Source of the DNA: Rebecca billardiae RCC1528
Taxonomy: Eukaryota > Protista > Haptophyta
Assembly (NCBI GenBank): GCA_965240325.2
Contig: OZ251227.1
Location: 434,001 to 498,000, forward strand
Direction: 5' to 3'
DNA length: 64,000 bases
Under the pieces are notes generated by a model. That model was not told the origin of the DNA, made no database searches, and saw only the letters and a program-made list of their open reading frames with translations. Position numbers and translations under genes: made by a program. Below are positions 45,766 to 56,530 of the stretch, piece after piece; the stretch's first letter is position 1; each line of letters starts with the position of its first letter.

Positions 45766-48210
45766 TCATGTCCAGGCGGAAGCGCGGCGCGGGCGGCTGT
45801 GCGGCGATGGCAGGCGCAACGAGGGCCGTCGCGCAGCATCCGCGGCCACCGAGGACCGCCGCGCACCGTCCGCGGCCACGCGGCTGCCGCGCGGCGGCTG
45901 GGCGAAGAGCGGGCGCTGCCACGGCTCTGCATCCGGCAGCAGCTTCCTGGTCGTGCCCGCCTGCCCCGAGATCTCAAGCGAGCTGCCGTCGTAGAAGCGA
46001 TCGAGCCGCACGGGCGTCGCCCCCTGCGACGTGTGCGGCCGCGCCGGCAGCTGGCGGTGGCCGGAGTTGAAGGAGCTGGCCAAGCCGCGCTCCTGCAGGG
46101 GCCTGTGCTCGTACATCCGCGAGGAGGTGAACGAGCTGGCCAGCTCATCCGCGTGCACGCCGTCCTGCCCGTGCGCGCCATCGTACGCGTGCCCGCCAAT
46201 CGAGCCGGTCGAGCGTCGCGCCGGCCGCACGGCGGTGCCGGGGCGGCGCAGCAGGTCAGCGCCGCCACCGAGCGTCAGGGCATCGGCCTTGCCGGCCAGG
46301 CTGTCCTTGCCCAGCAGGCTGCTCGAGGCCGAGCTGGAGGACGGCCGGCGGGTCGGCGCCTCGGAGGCGGCGGTCGTGGTGCTGCCCGAGCTCCTGCGCG
46401 ACGAGAGATCGCCCGGCCGGCGCGAGAGCAGCGTGGACGGCGGCAGCGCCGAGCGCTCGGAGATGGGCTTGAGTGGCGCGCCCGCCGCCTGCTGCGTGCC
46501 CACGGCCCTCTTCGCCGCGCACAGCTCCTCGAAGACCTTGGAGCACGTGTACAGGCAGTACGCGAGGCGCCAGAGCGACGCGCCCGAGCGTGTGGCCGCC
46601 GGCGGGCGCAGCGGCGACGTCGGCGGGCCCGTCTGACTCGTCGCCTCCGCCTGCGTGCGGGCCGCCAGCACCTCAGCGCGCACGCGCGTTGTCCGCGAGC
46701 CAGGACTGCGCCCGCCCGCGCCGCGCAGAGACGCGCCGCCTGGGGGCGCGCCTCCCGAGGTCTGCGTGCCCGAGGTGCACATGTTGCTCGTCTGCGTGCC
46801 CGCAGCGCACACGCTGCCGCCCGCGCCTCGCGCGCCGTTGCCCGCGCCGCCCGGGCTGCCGGGGGCGGCCTGCGCGCCGGTGCCGGTGCCGGCTGAGGCG
46901 CTGCCCTGGGCGCCCTGAGCGCTGCCCAGGCCGCCGAGGGCGCCGCCCGCGCCGCCCTGCGCGCCAGCCGCGCCGCGCTGCGCGGCGGTGGCGGTGGCGC
47001 TGGCGCCGCCGGCGCCGCCGACCGCGCCGCCCTGCGCGCCCGCGTCGTCGTCGCCCTCGTCCGCGCCGTGCACGAGGATCGGCACTGGCGGCAGGGAGCC
47101 GCGCCTGCGCGCGCCGACCACGGTGCCGTCGCGCGCGTCGAGCGTGAACGAGTCCACCAGCCCGTTCGCCGCGCCCCACACGCCCGCCTCTGGCAGCGAG
47201 TGCCGCGGCGCGCGCGCGGCGGGCAGCGGCAGCCCCGAGAGGCTGGAGATGCCCGAGCCCTGCGCGGCGGTGCCCTCCGGGTACTCGGCGGTCGGGTCGG
47301 TCTGGACGTGCACGGAGCGCGCGCGCTCGCTCTGCGCCATCGCCGACGCAGAGCCCGCGCCGTGGCGACCGTCGGCCTCGGCCTCGGCGGCCGCCGCGGC
47401 GCGGCGCTGCGCGATCATCTCAGCGAGGCTCGCCGACACAGAGCCGACGCTGCCGCTCACGTCCGCCGGCAGCGAGTGGCGCGCCGAGCGGCGCGCGCTC
47501 GCCTCCGCGGCGCTGCGCGCGGCCTCGGCCTCAAACGCGGCGAGCTCGGCGTCCTCGTCCGCCGCGCTGGCGTCCTTGCCGTCGGCCGCGCCATCGCCCT
47601 GCCTGAGCTTAAGCTTGCCCTCCACGTCCTCCGTGATGCGCCGGAAGAGCCGGCTGGTGAAGTTGACGTACGCCTCCTCGTCCAGCCCGTCCACCCAGTG
47701 GTCGGCGAGCGTGAAGAGCGAGTGCGCCAGCTGGTCGAGCGAGAGGTTCTGGTCGTGCGTGCCGAAGGAGCCGTCGGGCGCGCGGCGGCAGTCGACGGAC
47801 CACTCCTCGCGCGCGACGCGGTACGCCTCGTACCGCGGCAGCTCGGGCACGAGGCACTGCGCCATCTTGAGGTGGATCTTGACGTACTGCTCGCGCGACA
47901 TCAGGTCGTCGCCGCGCAGCCCGACCGAGGCGAAGTAGGCCTTGGCGACGCGGCGGAAGCGTGGAAGGGCGGCCTTGCGCAGCTCGTTGCGCTTCTCCAC
48001 CATCTCCGCCGCGTCCCAGTGCTCATCGCCCTGCAGCCTGTACGGCGTCTTCTGGTCGAGGAGCGCGTCGGGCTTCTCAAAGTTGAACTCGGTCGACTCC
48101 GAGCGCGACGGCTGCATGTAGCTCGGGAGAATGCGGCGGCCAGTCGGGACGGGCTGGGTCGAGGCCGCTGCTGACCGGAGGGTCGAGTGGAGCGAGTTGA
48201 TCCACGACAT
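45766..48210 (-). CDS. Uncharacterised protein with an N-terminal EF-hand-like helical domain and a long disordered tail
   Basis: Globular segment MSREQYVKIHLKM...SLFTLADHWVDGLDEEAYVNFTSRLFRRIT followed by low-complexity A/G/S/R sequence. Strong codon bias on this strand. Confidence 0.65.
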   Translation of the reverse strand: MSWINSLHSTLRSAAASTQPVPTGRRILPSYMQPSRSESTEFNFEKPDALLDQKTPYRLQGDEHWDAAEMVEKRNELRKAALPRFRRVAKAYFASVGLRGDDLMSREQYVKIHLKMAQCLVPELPRYEAYRVAREEWSVDCRRAPDGSFGTHDQNLSLDQLAHSLFTLADHWVDGLDEEAYVNFTSRLFRRITEDVEGKLKLRQGDGAADGKDASAADEDAELAAFEAEAARSAAEASARRSARHSLPADVSGSVGSVSASLAEMIAQRRAAAAAEAEADGRHGAGSASAMAQSERARSVHVQTDPTAEYPEGTAAQGSGISSLSGLPLPAARAPRHSLPEAGVWGAANGLVDSFTLDARDGTVVGARRRGSLPPVPILVHGADEGDDDAGAQGGAVGGAGGASATATAAQRGAAGAQGGAGGALGGLGSAQGAQGSASAGTGTGAQAAPGSPGGAGNGARGAGGSVCAAGTQTSNMCTSGTQTSGGAPPGGASLRGAGGRSPGSRTTRVRAEVLAARTQAEATSQTGPPTSPLRPPAATRSGASLWRLAYCLYTCSKVFEELCAAKRAVGTQQAAGAPLKPISERSALPPSTLLSRRPGDLSSRRSSGSTTTAASEAPTRRPSSSSASSSLLGKDSLAGKADALTLGGGADLLRRPGTAVRPARRSTGSIGGHAYDGAHGQDGVHADELASSFTSSRMYEHRPLQERGLASSFNSGHRQLPARPHTSQGATPVRLDRFYDGSSLEISGQAGTTRKLLPDAEPWQRPLFAQPPRGSRVAADGARRSSVAADAARRPSLRLPSPHSRPRRASAWT

Positions 48211-48724
48211 CGGCGTCGAGATCAGCGAGGCGGCGTGGCCTGTGGACGTGTGTCGAGCGGAAGAGCCCGTGCAGGTAGCGCAATCGCGCTTCCGGTCATC
48301 GGTGCCGCAGTGGGCGCGAGCGCGGCAAAGCCAGATTTGGATCACATGTCCGAGGCCTCTCGATCAGTCTCGTCAACTGCTCGCTTTTAGCGCAGCGGAG
48401 TGGACCCTTTCTGCCCCGTTCGATGGCACTTTGGCGTGATTCGCCGAGAGACCTTGTTGTTGCCTGTTGGGGTGGTTCACCGCCCCAGCAAGCTGCGGCA
48501 AGCAGTCATTCGTCAGTACCCGCTTCGTTAGAGACACTTTATGGGCTTCGAACATTAATTTTCGGCTGCTCAAAAATCCTGCTGCTGGTGAAAACTGAAT
48601 TAAGATCGTCCCATCACAAGCATGGCGGCCGGACGCCTAAGACTCCTCCCAGTAGGCGGGGACTCGGGGAGTGACACCTATCACGACGTAGTGTACTAGG
48701 TGCATCGTCGAGGATCAGCAAGCC

Positions 48725-50080
48725 ATGGGCCGTATTGCGGCATGTGGCGTCCTGATGAATGCCGTTCTCTTGGCTCCGTCTCGAGGGAATCCAGTTCGAG
48801 GCGCTGCATTTGTGCACGTGGGTCCCTACAAGACGGCGACGACATGGGTCCAGGCCCACCTCGTGCAGCGTGAGCCTGCTTCACCCGTCCTGCTCGCTCT
48901 CGAAGCGAATGACAGCTTCGTCGTGCCAGTAGGCCGACCAGGATCGATGCTGTCGCTCGACCGAAAGGCTCACATTCAGCTCGCATTCGTGCTCAAGCCG
49001 AGGCCCCCAGCGCGCGAGTTGTTGATCCCACGCAACCTTACCCTGCAGCACTTTGCACGAGCTGCGCGAGCCGCAGCAGCAGCCGGCAAGTCCATTTTCC
49101 TCTCTTCGGAGGGCCTCGCCGAGAGCGATGTCGACATGCGCGCGCTGCAGGGCATACTGACTCCCTTCGCGTCGACCACGATACTCGTCGCCTACCGCCG
49201 CTTTCACGAGTGGCTGACCAGCCTGCACTACGAGATCTTCAAGATGGCCTATTTTTTTCCAGGGTCGACGTTGTCCGACTCGGCTGCGGCGTACTGGCGC
49301 TTCGTGGACTACTTTCGGTGGCGCAACGGCTCCTTCGTCGTCGGCGGAACCAACTCGTGGCCTCGCATGTCCAGCTCGGAGCGCGTATACTGGGAGCGCG
49401 TGCGGCTCGCGATGGGCGATTCACACGCAAGCATGCTGCTCACTCCTTTGGGCGCCGTGAGCACCTGGACGGCCGCCACTCTCGCGCGGTACACCGCTGC
49501 TTTTGGCAGCAGTGCCGTGCGAGTGCTCAACATGCATTCAGAGACGGATGTGCTCATTCAAATCGCCTGTTCTCACCTGCATGCGCAGAGTGCATGCGCG
49601 CAGGCCATGAGCCAGGGGCGCTCGGCGTGGGAGGCGGAACGGAACGAGAAGGCGAGCTTGCTGCTGCACGACGTGCTCTCAGATCTGGTGTGGCGCGGCT
49701 TGGTGGAGCCGGGCGTGGCGAGCAATGCGAGTGGAAAGGCGGCGCTGCTTGCGCTTGAGCGTGCGGTGGCCAAGCAGCCCGCCCTGCTGGACAGGCTGCC
49801 CCTGCAGTGCCTGTCGGACGAGGAGGTCCTGTGGGTGCACGAGTTGGGCGCGCACGCCGAGGCCGCGCTCCTGCCGGAGTGGCACAACGCATCCGTGCTG
49901 CAGCACGCGTTCGAGCAGGCAGAGGCTTCCGGCGCATTCTGCTCGGTGGATACACGTACGAACGCCTATGCAGAGCAAATACTACCCGCCGTGCACACCG
50001 CACTCGCTGCCACCGAGTCGCTGACCGCACCTCCGCCTCTGCGCGGTGCCGCCAGGCGACGCCGGCGCAGCAGAAGGTGA
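48725..50080 (+). CDS. Sulfotransferase-like P-loop protein
   Basis: FVHVGPYKTATTWVQ, FLSSEGL, LVAYRRFHEWLTSLH and a late RN motif. N-terminal hydrophobic segment. Confidence 0.75.
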   Translation: MGRIAACGVLMNAVLLAPSRGNPVRGAAFVHVGPYKTATTWVQAHLVQREPASPVLLALEANDSFVVPVGRPGSMLSLDRKAHIQLAFVLKPRPPARELLIPRNLTLQHFARAARAAAAAGKSIFLSSEGLAESDVDMRALQGILTPFASTTILVAYRRFHEWLTSLHYEIFKMAYFFPGSTLSDSAAAYWRFVDYFRWRNGSFVVGGTNSWPRMSSSERVYWERVRLAMGDSHASMLLTPLGAVSTWTAATLARYTAAFGSSAVRVLNMHSETDVLIQIACSHLHAQSACAQAMSQGRSAWEAERNEKASLLLHDVLSDLVWRGLVEPGVASNASGKAALLALERAVAKQPALLDRLPLQCLSDEEVLWVHELGAHAEAALLPEWHNASVLQHAFEQAEASGAFCSVDTRTNAYAEQILPAVHTALAATESLTAPPPLRGAARRRRRSRR

Positions 50081-50246
50081 CTAGACGCGAGCTTGCAAGC
50101 AATCAGAGCTTGCAAGCAAGCATTCAGAGCAGCAGCAGCCTCGGAGATGATAGCGAATACTCACTCCTCAGTACAGTATCGACAGACGCCGTCGAAGCTA
50201 CTGATATGTCTACTGTGTGATACACTGTATATTCCCAAGTTGACTG

Positions 50247-51774
50247 TATGGCGGGCCGTAGGTCTGGCGGGCCGTAGGTCCGCCCCTTGTAGTGCCCGGG
50301 AAAAAGATAAGAAAAAGAAAAAGAAAAAAGAAAATCGCCTCGCAAAGAAAAGAAAATCGCCTCGCTCACTGCCGGGTCGCTTCGCTCACTACCGGGCGCC
50401 CTCGCAGCTCCCACTGGGGACGCTCGGCCGAAAACCATCTTCCCGATGGCGCGGAGCGCGTGGGCGGCGCGCGCCAAATCCAACGCCGGCGCGGACATCG
50501 TGAGAGGATTCCCTAGACGGGTTTTCGCCCGATTCGCGATTGCTGCCCTCGTCGTCTCGCGTGCAGGTCGAACGAGGGCCAAAGTCGACGCGTTTGGAGG
50601 TACGCTCGGCGCGTCGACACGATCGTGCGACCTGGGGCGGTCCTCGCCCGACTTACACGTCGAGCGCTCGCACGAGCCATAGTATTAAGCGCTGCGCACG
50701 ACAACCACCTCGCGCGATCCACCGTCGCGCGTCGGGCTCGGTGCGGAAAGGCCCTCATCATGAGGCGTCTCGCGGGCGGGAAGCGCCATCGCACGCGACG
50801 CAAGCTTTGGCGCGGCCTTCTGAACTCGATCGCCGGAAACGGCGCACCGGACTGTCGCGTGCCACAACTTCTCAAAGCCGGGCGCATGCAAATCCGTTTG
50901 CTACAGCTGTACCAGTTCCCGGCCAAGCCGAAGGGCCGGCCCTTGTCCCGGCGATCATCTTTCGCGATCGCGGCCAAAGATCGCTCGGCGCTCGCGGTCC
51001 CTCACAGCCGAAAGCCCACGTCCGGCCTTCAGCATGGCGTCGACGGTGACCAATGCGACGGAGGCGCAGCGCAAAGCGGCGTACGAGGCGCAGCGAACGC
51101 AGCTGCCGTGTCTGTCGCCGTGGCAGGAACCGCGTCTTGGCGAGTCGGCGGCCCTCGTCGCACAGCGCTACAGTATGACCGATCCCAGAGGCGCATCCGC
51201 GACGAGCTGAAACGCCGAGCGTGCAACATTGTCGCCCCATCCTCCACCATGTCACGAGCGCTGCGGGACGAGGCCGACGTCGTGAAGCCAGTGGCACATG
51301 CGCTGCGCTTCCTGTGCCTGCTCGAGCAGCGCGTGCCCACCCTCGATCGCGAGTGGCACACGCTCTCGCACTGCGCGCGCGCGCACCGCCGACAGCTCCT
51401 GATACCGCCGAACGTGTGGGTGCCGGACCTGTCGCGCGAAGCGGCGAGCGCCGACGAGCGCTTGGACCTGGACGCGTTGTTGCGCAGCGTGGCGGCCGTG
51501 CACGACGCCGACGCGACCTTCGCCGAGCCCATCGTGCCCGGAGCGGACATCGGCATCCTCGCGACACACGATCTCAGCTGGCGGCAGGAGGAGATGCTGT
51601 CGCGTTATTATTCGTCAGTGAGTCAGGTCGTAGCTCACCATCATCTGTGTGTCGCATTGTTATTCGTCATCCTGCCCGTCAAACCGCTAAATAAAAGGCG
51701 CGAACCCGCTGGGGAAATATTGCGACAGCACTGGCACGGCCCGCCGACCCCCCCGCCCGCCAGGGCAGAGTTTT
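50247..51774 (+). mobile_element. Dispersed ~1.5-kb repeat, copy 2 (inverted relative to copy 1)
   Basis: Matches 12453-13990. It has a 16-bp tandem duplication tggcgggccgtaggtc at its left end, and its ORF (ATG ~51034) is frameshifted near 51170. Confidence 0.65.
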
Positions 51775-52137
51775 AAACCAAGGCCCTTGGGCAGGTGTTT
51801 GGCGCGGCTGCACTCTCGAGGTGGCTGGGATACAACATCCAGGTGCAGCACCCTCCCCGTGTGGTGTCAGAGCGCGCTCCCGAGCGCGTGCCTCCGAGCG
51901 CGGGGCGGCCGCTTGCTGCAATGGCCGCCTCGATGAGGTGCGGCAACGCGCCCCTCACCTGCCTGCGCCGGTCTGTTTTGTGGCGGTGTCTTTGTGCAGT
52001 GTTGGATGGCGTCAATCACGCCTTAACCAAGTGTGCACGTTAAAACATAGTAAACTGTAGTACAGCATTGTAGTACAGTACAGGACTGTACCGACTACTG
52101 TACTGTGTAGTGAGTGGACGGCCTGACTCCGTGTTTG

Positions 52138-54026
52138 ATGATGGCGGAGTCGCCGGAGCGCGCGACGGCCGAGGCGAGAGTTGCGGCGAGCGCCATGGCG
52201 AGCTCGGAGCGCCGAGAGGCCGCGGAGAGCGCCCTCGCCTCAGAATCGTTCGGCCTCTTCCTGCGCCGCTCGGCTGCCATGATGGAGCGAGTGCTGCATG
52301 CGGGTGGCGGTGAAGCGCACCCTGCCCTCTTCAAGGACTACGCGGCATCGCCGGCGAGAGGGGGGCGCGGCGAGGGTGCCGACGCGGGTGACGCGGACGC
52401 ACTCGCACTCTCCGTGCAGTTCGGTGCGCGCACAGGCGCGGGCGCACGGCGCGCGTCGGCCGTCGGCCAGATCGCCGACAACCTGACGCACGACTGCGGC
52501 GCGGTGATGGACATGGCATGGTCGCCCGAGCACCCGGAGCTGCTGCTCGTCGCGCACGGCGGATACTTCGGCTGGGCGGAGAGCTGGGGCGGCACGTCTG
52601 CCACCGCCGGCGCGTACGCCGCCGCTGCGGCGCCCCACGGCGCAGGCGGCAGCCCCGGGCTGATGCGGCTGTGGTCGCTCGCGCTGCCGTCGCGCCCAGA
52701 GTTCGAATTCCGCAGCGACGTTCCGGTGTGCTCGGCGACGTGGGTGCCGTCGACGCCACAGCTCGTGATTGGGGGCTCGCGCACGGGCCAGCTTCTCGTG
52801 TGGGACATGCGTGCGCACGCCGAGCCCGTGCAGGTGTCCGGCCTGGCGGGCGGCGGGCACACGCAAGCGGTGCACTCGGTGGCCGTCGTGGGCGCGACCC
52901 GAGTCGGCGCAGGCGGTGCGAGCGGGCGGCAGGACGAGCTCCTGAGCGCCGGGATGGACGGTCGGCTGTGTGCCTGGGCGCTCGCGTCGTTGGACAAGCC
53001 AATCGACGCCATCACTCTCGACGCGCTGCCCGCGCGCGGCGCGGCCGCGGCGCGCCCTGCGCTCGCGCCGACAGGTCCGCTGAGCGTGAGTGCGATGGCC
53101 ATCAGCGGCTACCAGGGGGGCATGCCGCTCGTTGGCGCGCAGGATGGCGGCCTGCATCTGGTCGCGCGGCCAGGAGTGCCCAACGCAGGCGTGCGAGCGG
53201 TGCGCAGCTCGCGCCCCTTCGCCTGCGCGCGCGCTCCGCCCCATCCACCGCGCGCGCGGTGTGCCCTCCACTCCGTACTGCAATGTGCACTCACTGTGCT
53301 CCCTCCTCACACGCACGCGCGCCCACAACCGGCCCCATCCCGTCGCGATGCGCGCGCACCGCGGCGCGACAGTCCTTCGCGCCGCACGCCTCGGTGGTGA
53401 CCGCCATCGACGCACACCCCGCCAGCGCCGCCGCAAGCGCCGACCTGCACGGCAGCCTCGCGCTCACCGCGTCGGTCGACTGGACCGTGCGCCTCTGGCA
53501 GCTGGCAGACGTGGCTGAGCTGGGCGGCGCCGCCGCGCTCGGCGCTGACCCGGACAGCGCCAGCGAGCACCTGCGTGGGGGTGGCGGGGCGGGCGCCCGT
53601 CCGCAGCCGGTACTGACGCTGGACAACGCGAACGAGTACGTATGCGACGTGCGCTGGTCGCCGCTGCACGCGGCCGCGTTCGCCACCGCCGACGCGGCCG
53701 GCTGCGTCTCCCTGTGGGACCTCGCGCGCAACGATGACGAGCCCGTGTGCCGGACCGCGCTCCAGACGGCGCACGCTGCCGCGGCGCACAAGCTGGCGTG
53801 GCACTGCGGCGGCCAGCTGCTCGCTGTCGGGGATACGTGCGGAGGCGTGCATGTGTACAGCGTCGGCGTGCACTCAGCCGACGAGGCGGCAGCGGCTGCC
53901 CTGCAGCGCTTGCTCGCAGCGCCACGAGGCGGCGACTTTCTGAGTGCCGCCGTCGAGATGGCCTGGGCCCGGGAGACCACGCTTGACGCGGAGGCGGAGC
54001 AGATGGATGCCGATGCGGAGCGCTGA
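52138..54026 (+). CDS. WD40 dynein intermediate chain (cytoplasmic dynein-1 IC-like); intron 53200-53372
   Basis: SESFGLFLRRSAAMMERVL, DMAWSPEHPELLLVA, RPEFEF, GGSRTGQLLVWDMR, GHTQAV, TASVDWTVRLW and EYVCDVRWSPLHAAAFA. Confidence 0.8.
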
Positions 54027-54322
54027 CTCCAGCAGCATTCTCCTCCGCGCGTGGCCGGGGCGTCTCAGTGAACGGGCTCTGAGGGTCTGACAACATGTAT
54101 ACTGCGACGTTGAAGCGTCGCGCGTCGCACGCGTGCGGCCTCCCCTCTCCAGTCTCCGTACCAGGTAGGGCTGTCGCCGCTGTCGAGTCGTCCGTTGAGA
54201 CGAGATTCGATTTGTTTTCTGGAAAACCCGAACCGAGCGGACGACCGACCCCGCGGCCGAGAGCAGCACTCCGACGGCCCGTCTCCTATCCCCGCCAAGC
54301 CCGCGCCGCGGTGGGGCCCCCC

Positions 54323-56530
54323 ATGGTGGGTCTGGGGCTGAGCGTGCGTACGACCGTGTCTCCAGTTCCGCTCTCCGTCGAGGCCGAGCCGCACATCGTG
54401 CGCAAGGGCGCGGAGCTGACCGTCAGTGTCGCTGTCAACGGCGACCCGCCGCCATCTCACCCGCTCACGCTCGTCGCCGAGCTGGTTGACGAGGAGGGCG
54501 CGCTCGTGCCGCCGACAGCGGAGGCGCAGGTGCCCCTCGGTTCTGTTACGAGCTACGTGCTGCGCCCCGGCACGACCTCCGCCACCCTCCGCCCGCGCAT
54601 CAACGTGCTCTCGTCGGCGTTCACGGGCTCAGACGCTCCGTTCCGCATCCGCTTGCGCGCGGCGAACGACCCGAGCGTGGCGCCGGTGCTCTCGCCCAAG
54701 ATCGTGGTGCGCAGCAAGTGGCCTGCGAAGAGCAAGCGGGACACCCCTGCCTCCGCCCTCGCGGAGACCCTCGCGGTCAACGTCGCGACCGCGGTGTCGC
54801 AGCCTACCAGTGTGAGCACGCCCTTGGCGCCCGTCGTGCCGAGCGTGCTTGTCGATGGCCAACCCGCGCCGGGGATCATCTCGCAAAGCCACTCGCTCAG
54901 CGGCAGTGACTCGCAGGGCGGCCCGATGGACATGCGGCAGATCGGCGAGGTGCTCACGAGCGCAGCCGCCGAGCGCACGTCTGGCCGACGGTCGCGTGCC
55001 GACTCGCACGGCAGCGACGCGCCGGTGGGCTCGAGCGGGGCCTCGGCCGTCGGCCTGGGGCTCGGCGACGCCGGCGCGCAGGCGGAGCCGTCGCTCTCGG
55101 TCGAGCCCGTCGACATCGAGAGCGTGCTGCACCTGCTCGAGTCCGACGACTCGGACGCGGCGCTGCAAGCGATCCTGGCGATGAGCGCAGACGGCCTGGA
55201 CGGCGGCCTCTTCGTCGACGCGATGCCGACCGAGCAAGAGGCGGCGCAGGGGCCGCCGCCGATGGCCGCGGGCGTGGGGCCGGCCGGCGGCGGGGACGGC
55301 TTCTTCTCGAGCCCCGCCGGTGGGGCAGCGCAGACTTCCGCCTCGGCCCCGTGCGCGGGCGCCTCGGACGGCGGCGCGGCGACGGCGCCGCCGCCCAGGC
55401 CCGCGGGCGGCGGCATGGTGCGTGCCGTGATTCCGCCGCGGCGCGAGCGGCAGCGCTCGCACGACGAGGTCAACCCCGCGGCGCCCGCTGAGCACGAGGA
55501 GGAGCCGAGCGACGCCTTCAACGAGTCGCTCGAGGCGTCGCGCCGCAAGAGGCGGCCGATCAACCCGCCCAAGCCGCTGCCGCTCGTGCCCAAGACGGAG
55601 CTGCCGGGCTGGCTCGAGCGCGCGTCGCTGTGCCGCAGCTCAGGCTTCCTGTGCCTCGACTGCGTGCTCGCGGACCCGCAGCCGCCGGCGATGCGGCTGC
55701 TGAAGGGCCGGGCCGAGTACGAGGGCGCCGTGTTCAAGGTGCGCTGGTGCTCGGCCAACATGAACCAGGCGATGGACTGTGCGCTCGACCGGCTGTGCGC
55801 CGGGCAGGAGCTGCCCGACTTGGTCGACTCGGCGGCGCACGCGCGGCTGGGCGCCGCGTCGGAGGAGCTCGCGCATGCGGAGGTGCGCTCGGCGCTCGAC
55901 TGCGGGATGATGAGCTTCGCGGTGGGCGACGACGAGCAGCGCGCGCGGCTCGAGCTGCACGTGATGCTGCACACCGACGGCGCGCCCAAGGGCTCGATCA
56001 GCGTGCGCCGCCTCTTCCTGCTCGCGCGCGTGCACGCGCACGCGCTGGGCGAGCACCCGCCGCTCGCCTTCAAGCACCCGTGCGCATGCGAGGCGCCCGC
56101 CGAGGCGGGCGACGTGGTGAAGCGCGTGTTCTGCGGCCGGCTGATCTACTCATCGCCCTCGACGCACGAGCTGTGCGGCTACCACCCGTGGGAGTTCCTC
56201 GGGCGCGAGGCGGGCTGCACCGTGCACCCGGACGACGCGCAGCGCTGGTACAAGCAGAAGATCGAGATCTCGAGGAAGCTGCAGGCCGAGCCGGCCAAGC
56301 CCGTCGACCACCACTTCACGTACCGGCACGTGCACAGGCAGAGGTCGTGGGTGTGGGTGTCCTCGCACACGCGCACCACGCTCTCACACCAGCGCCTGCC
56401 TCCGCGACGCCCGAGCTCGCAGCACGAGGCGCTCGTCGCGGCGTTGCAGGAGGTGATGATTCGGATGCGCGCCGTCGACGTGCCCAGCGGCAACGCCGAC
56501 GTGCCGCCCGCACCGATGACGGGCGAGTGA
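54323..56530 (+). CDS. Putative transcription regulator: Ig-fold (CudA/STAT-like) domain plus tandem PAS domains
   Basis: Clear PAS_3: LIYSSPSTHELCGYHPWEFLG...VHPDD...YRHVHRQRSWVWV. A degenerate PAS precedes it. N-terminal domain RINVLSS...PFRIRL...VLSPKIVVRSK. Start uncertain (ORF open from 54095). Confidence 0.7.
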   Translation: MVGLGLSVRTTVSPVPLSVEAEPHIVRKGAELTVSVAVNGDPPPSHPLTLVAELVDEEGALVPPTAEAQVPLGSVTSYVLRPGTTSATLRPRINVLSSAFTGSDAPFRIRLRAANDPSVAPVLSPKIVVRSKWPAKSKRDTPASALAETLAVNVATAVSQPTSVSTPLAPVVPSVLVDGQPAPGIISQSHSLSGSDSQGGPMDMRQIGEVLTSAAAERTSGRRSRADSHGSDAPVGSSGASAVGLGLGDAGAQAEPSLSVEPVDIESVLHLLESDDSDAALQAILAMSADGLDGGLFVDAMPTEQEAAQGPPPMAAGVGPAGGGDGFFSSPAGGAAQTSASAPCAGASDGGAATAPPPRPAGGGMVRAVIPPRRERQRSHDEVNPAAPAEHEEEPSDAFNESLEASRRKRRPINPPKPLPLVPKTELPGWLERASLCRSSGFLCLDCVLADPQPPAMRLLKGRAEYEGAVFKVRWCSANMNQAMDCALDRLCAGQELPDLVDSAAHARLGAASEELAHAEVRSALDCGMMSFAVGDDEQRARLELHVMLHTDGAPKGSISVRRLFLLARVHAHALGEHPPLAFKHPCACEAPAEAGDVVKRVFCGRLIYSSPSTHELCGYHPWEFLGREAGCTVHPDDAQRWYKQKIEISRKLQAEPAKPVDHHFTYRHVHRQRSWVWVSSHTRTTLSHQRLPPRRPSSQHEALVAALQEVMIRMRAVDVPSGNADVPPAPMTGE

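Noticed and set aside
43927-50080. Two sulfotransferase-like genes as a biosynthetic cluster
   Set aside because: They belong to different subfamilies, are separated by an unrelated gene and have no glycosyltransferase, PAPS or synthase neighbours. Such genes are abundant in algae.
12453-51774. Inverted repeat pair read as the termini of a 39-kb giant or composite transposon
   Set aside because: The copies are visibly diverged with different internal fillers, no target-site duplication is seen at the outer flanks, and the enclosed genes are ordinary host genes with no transposase or viral hallmark.
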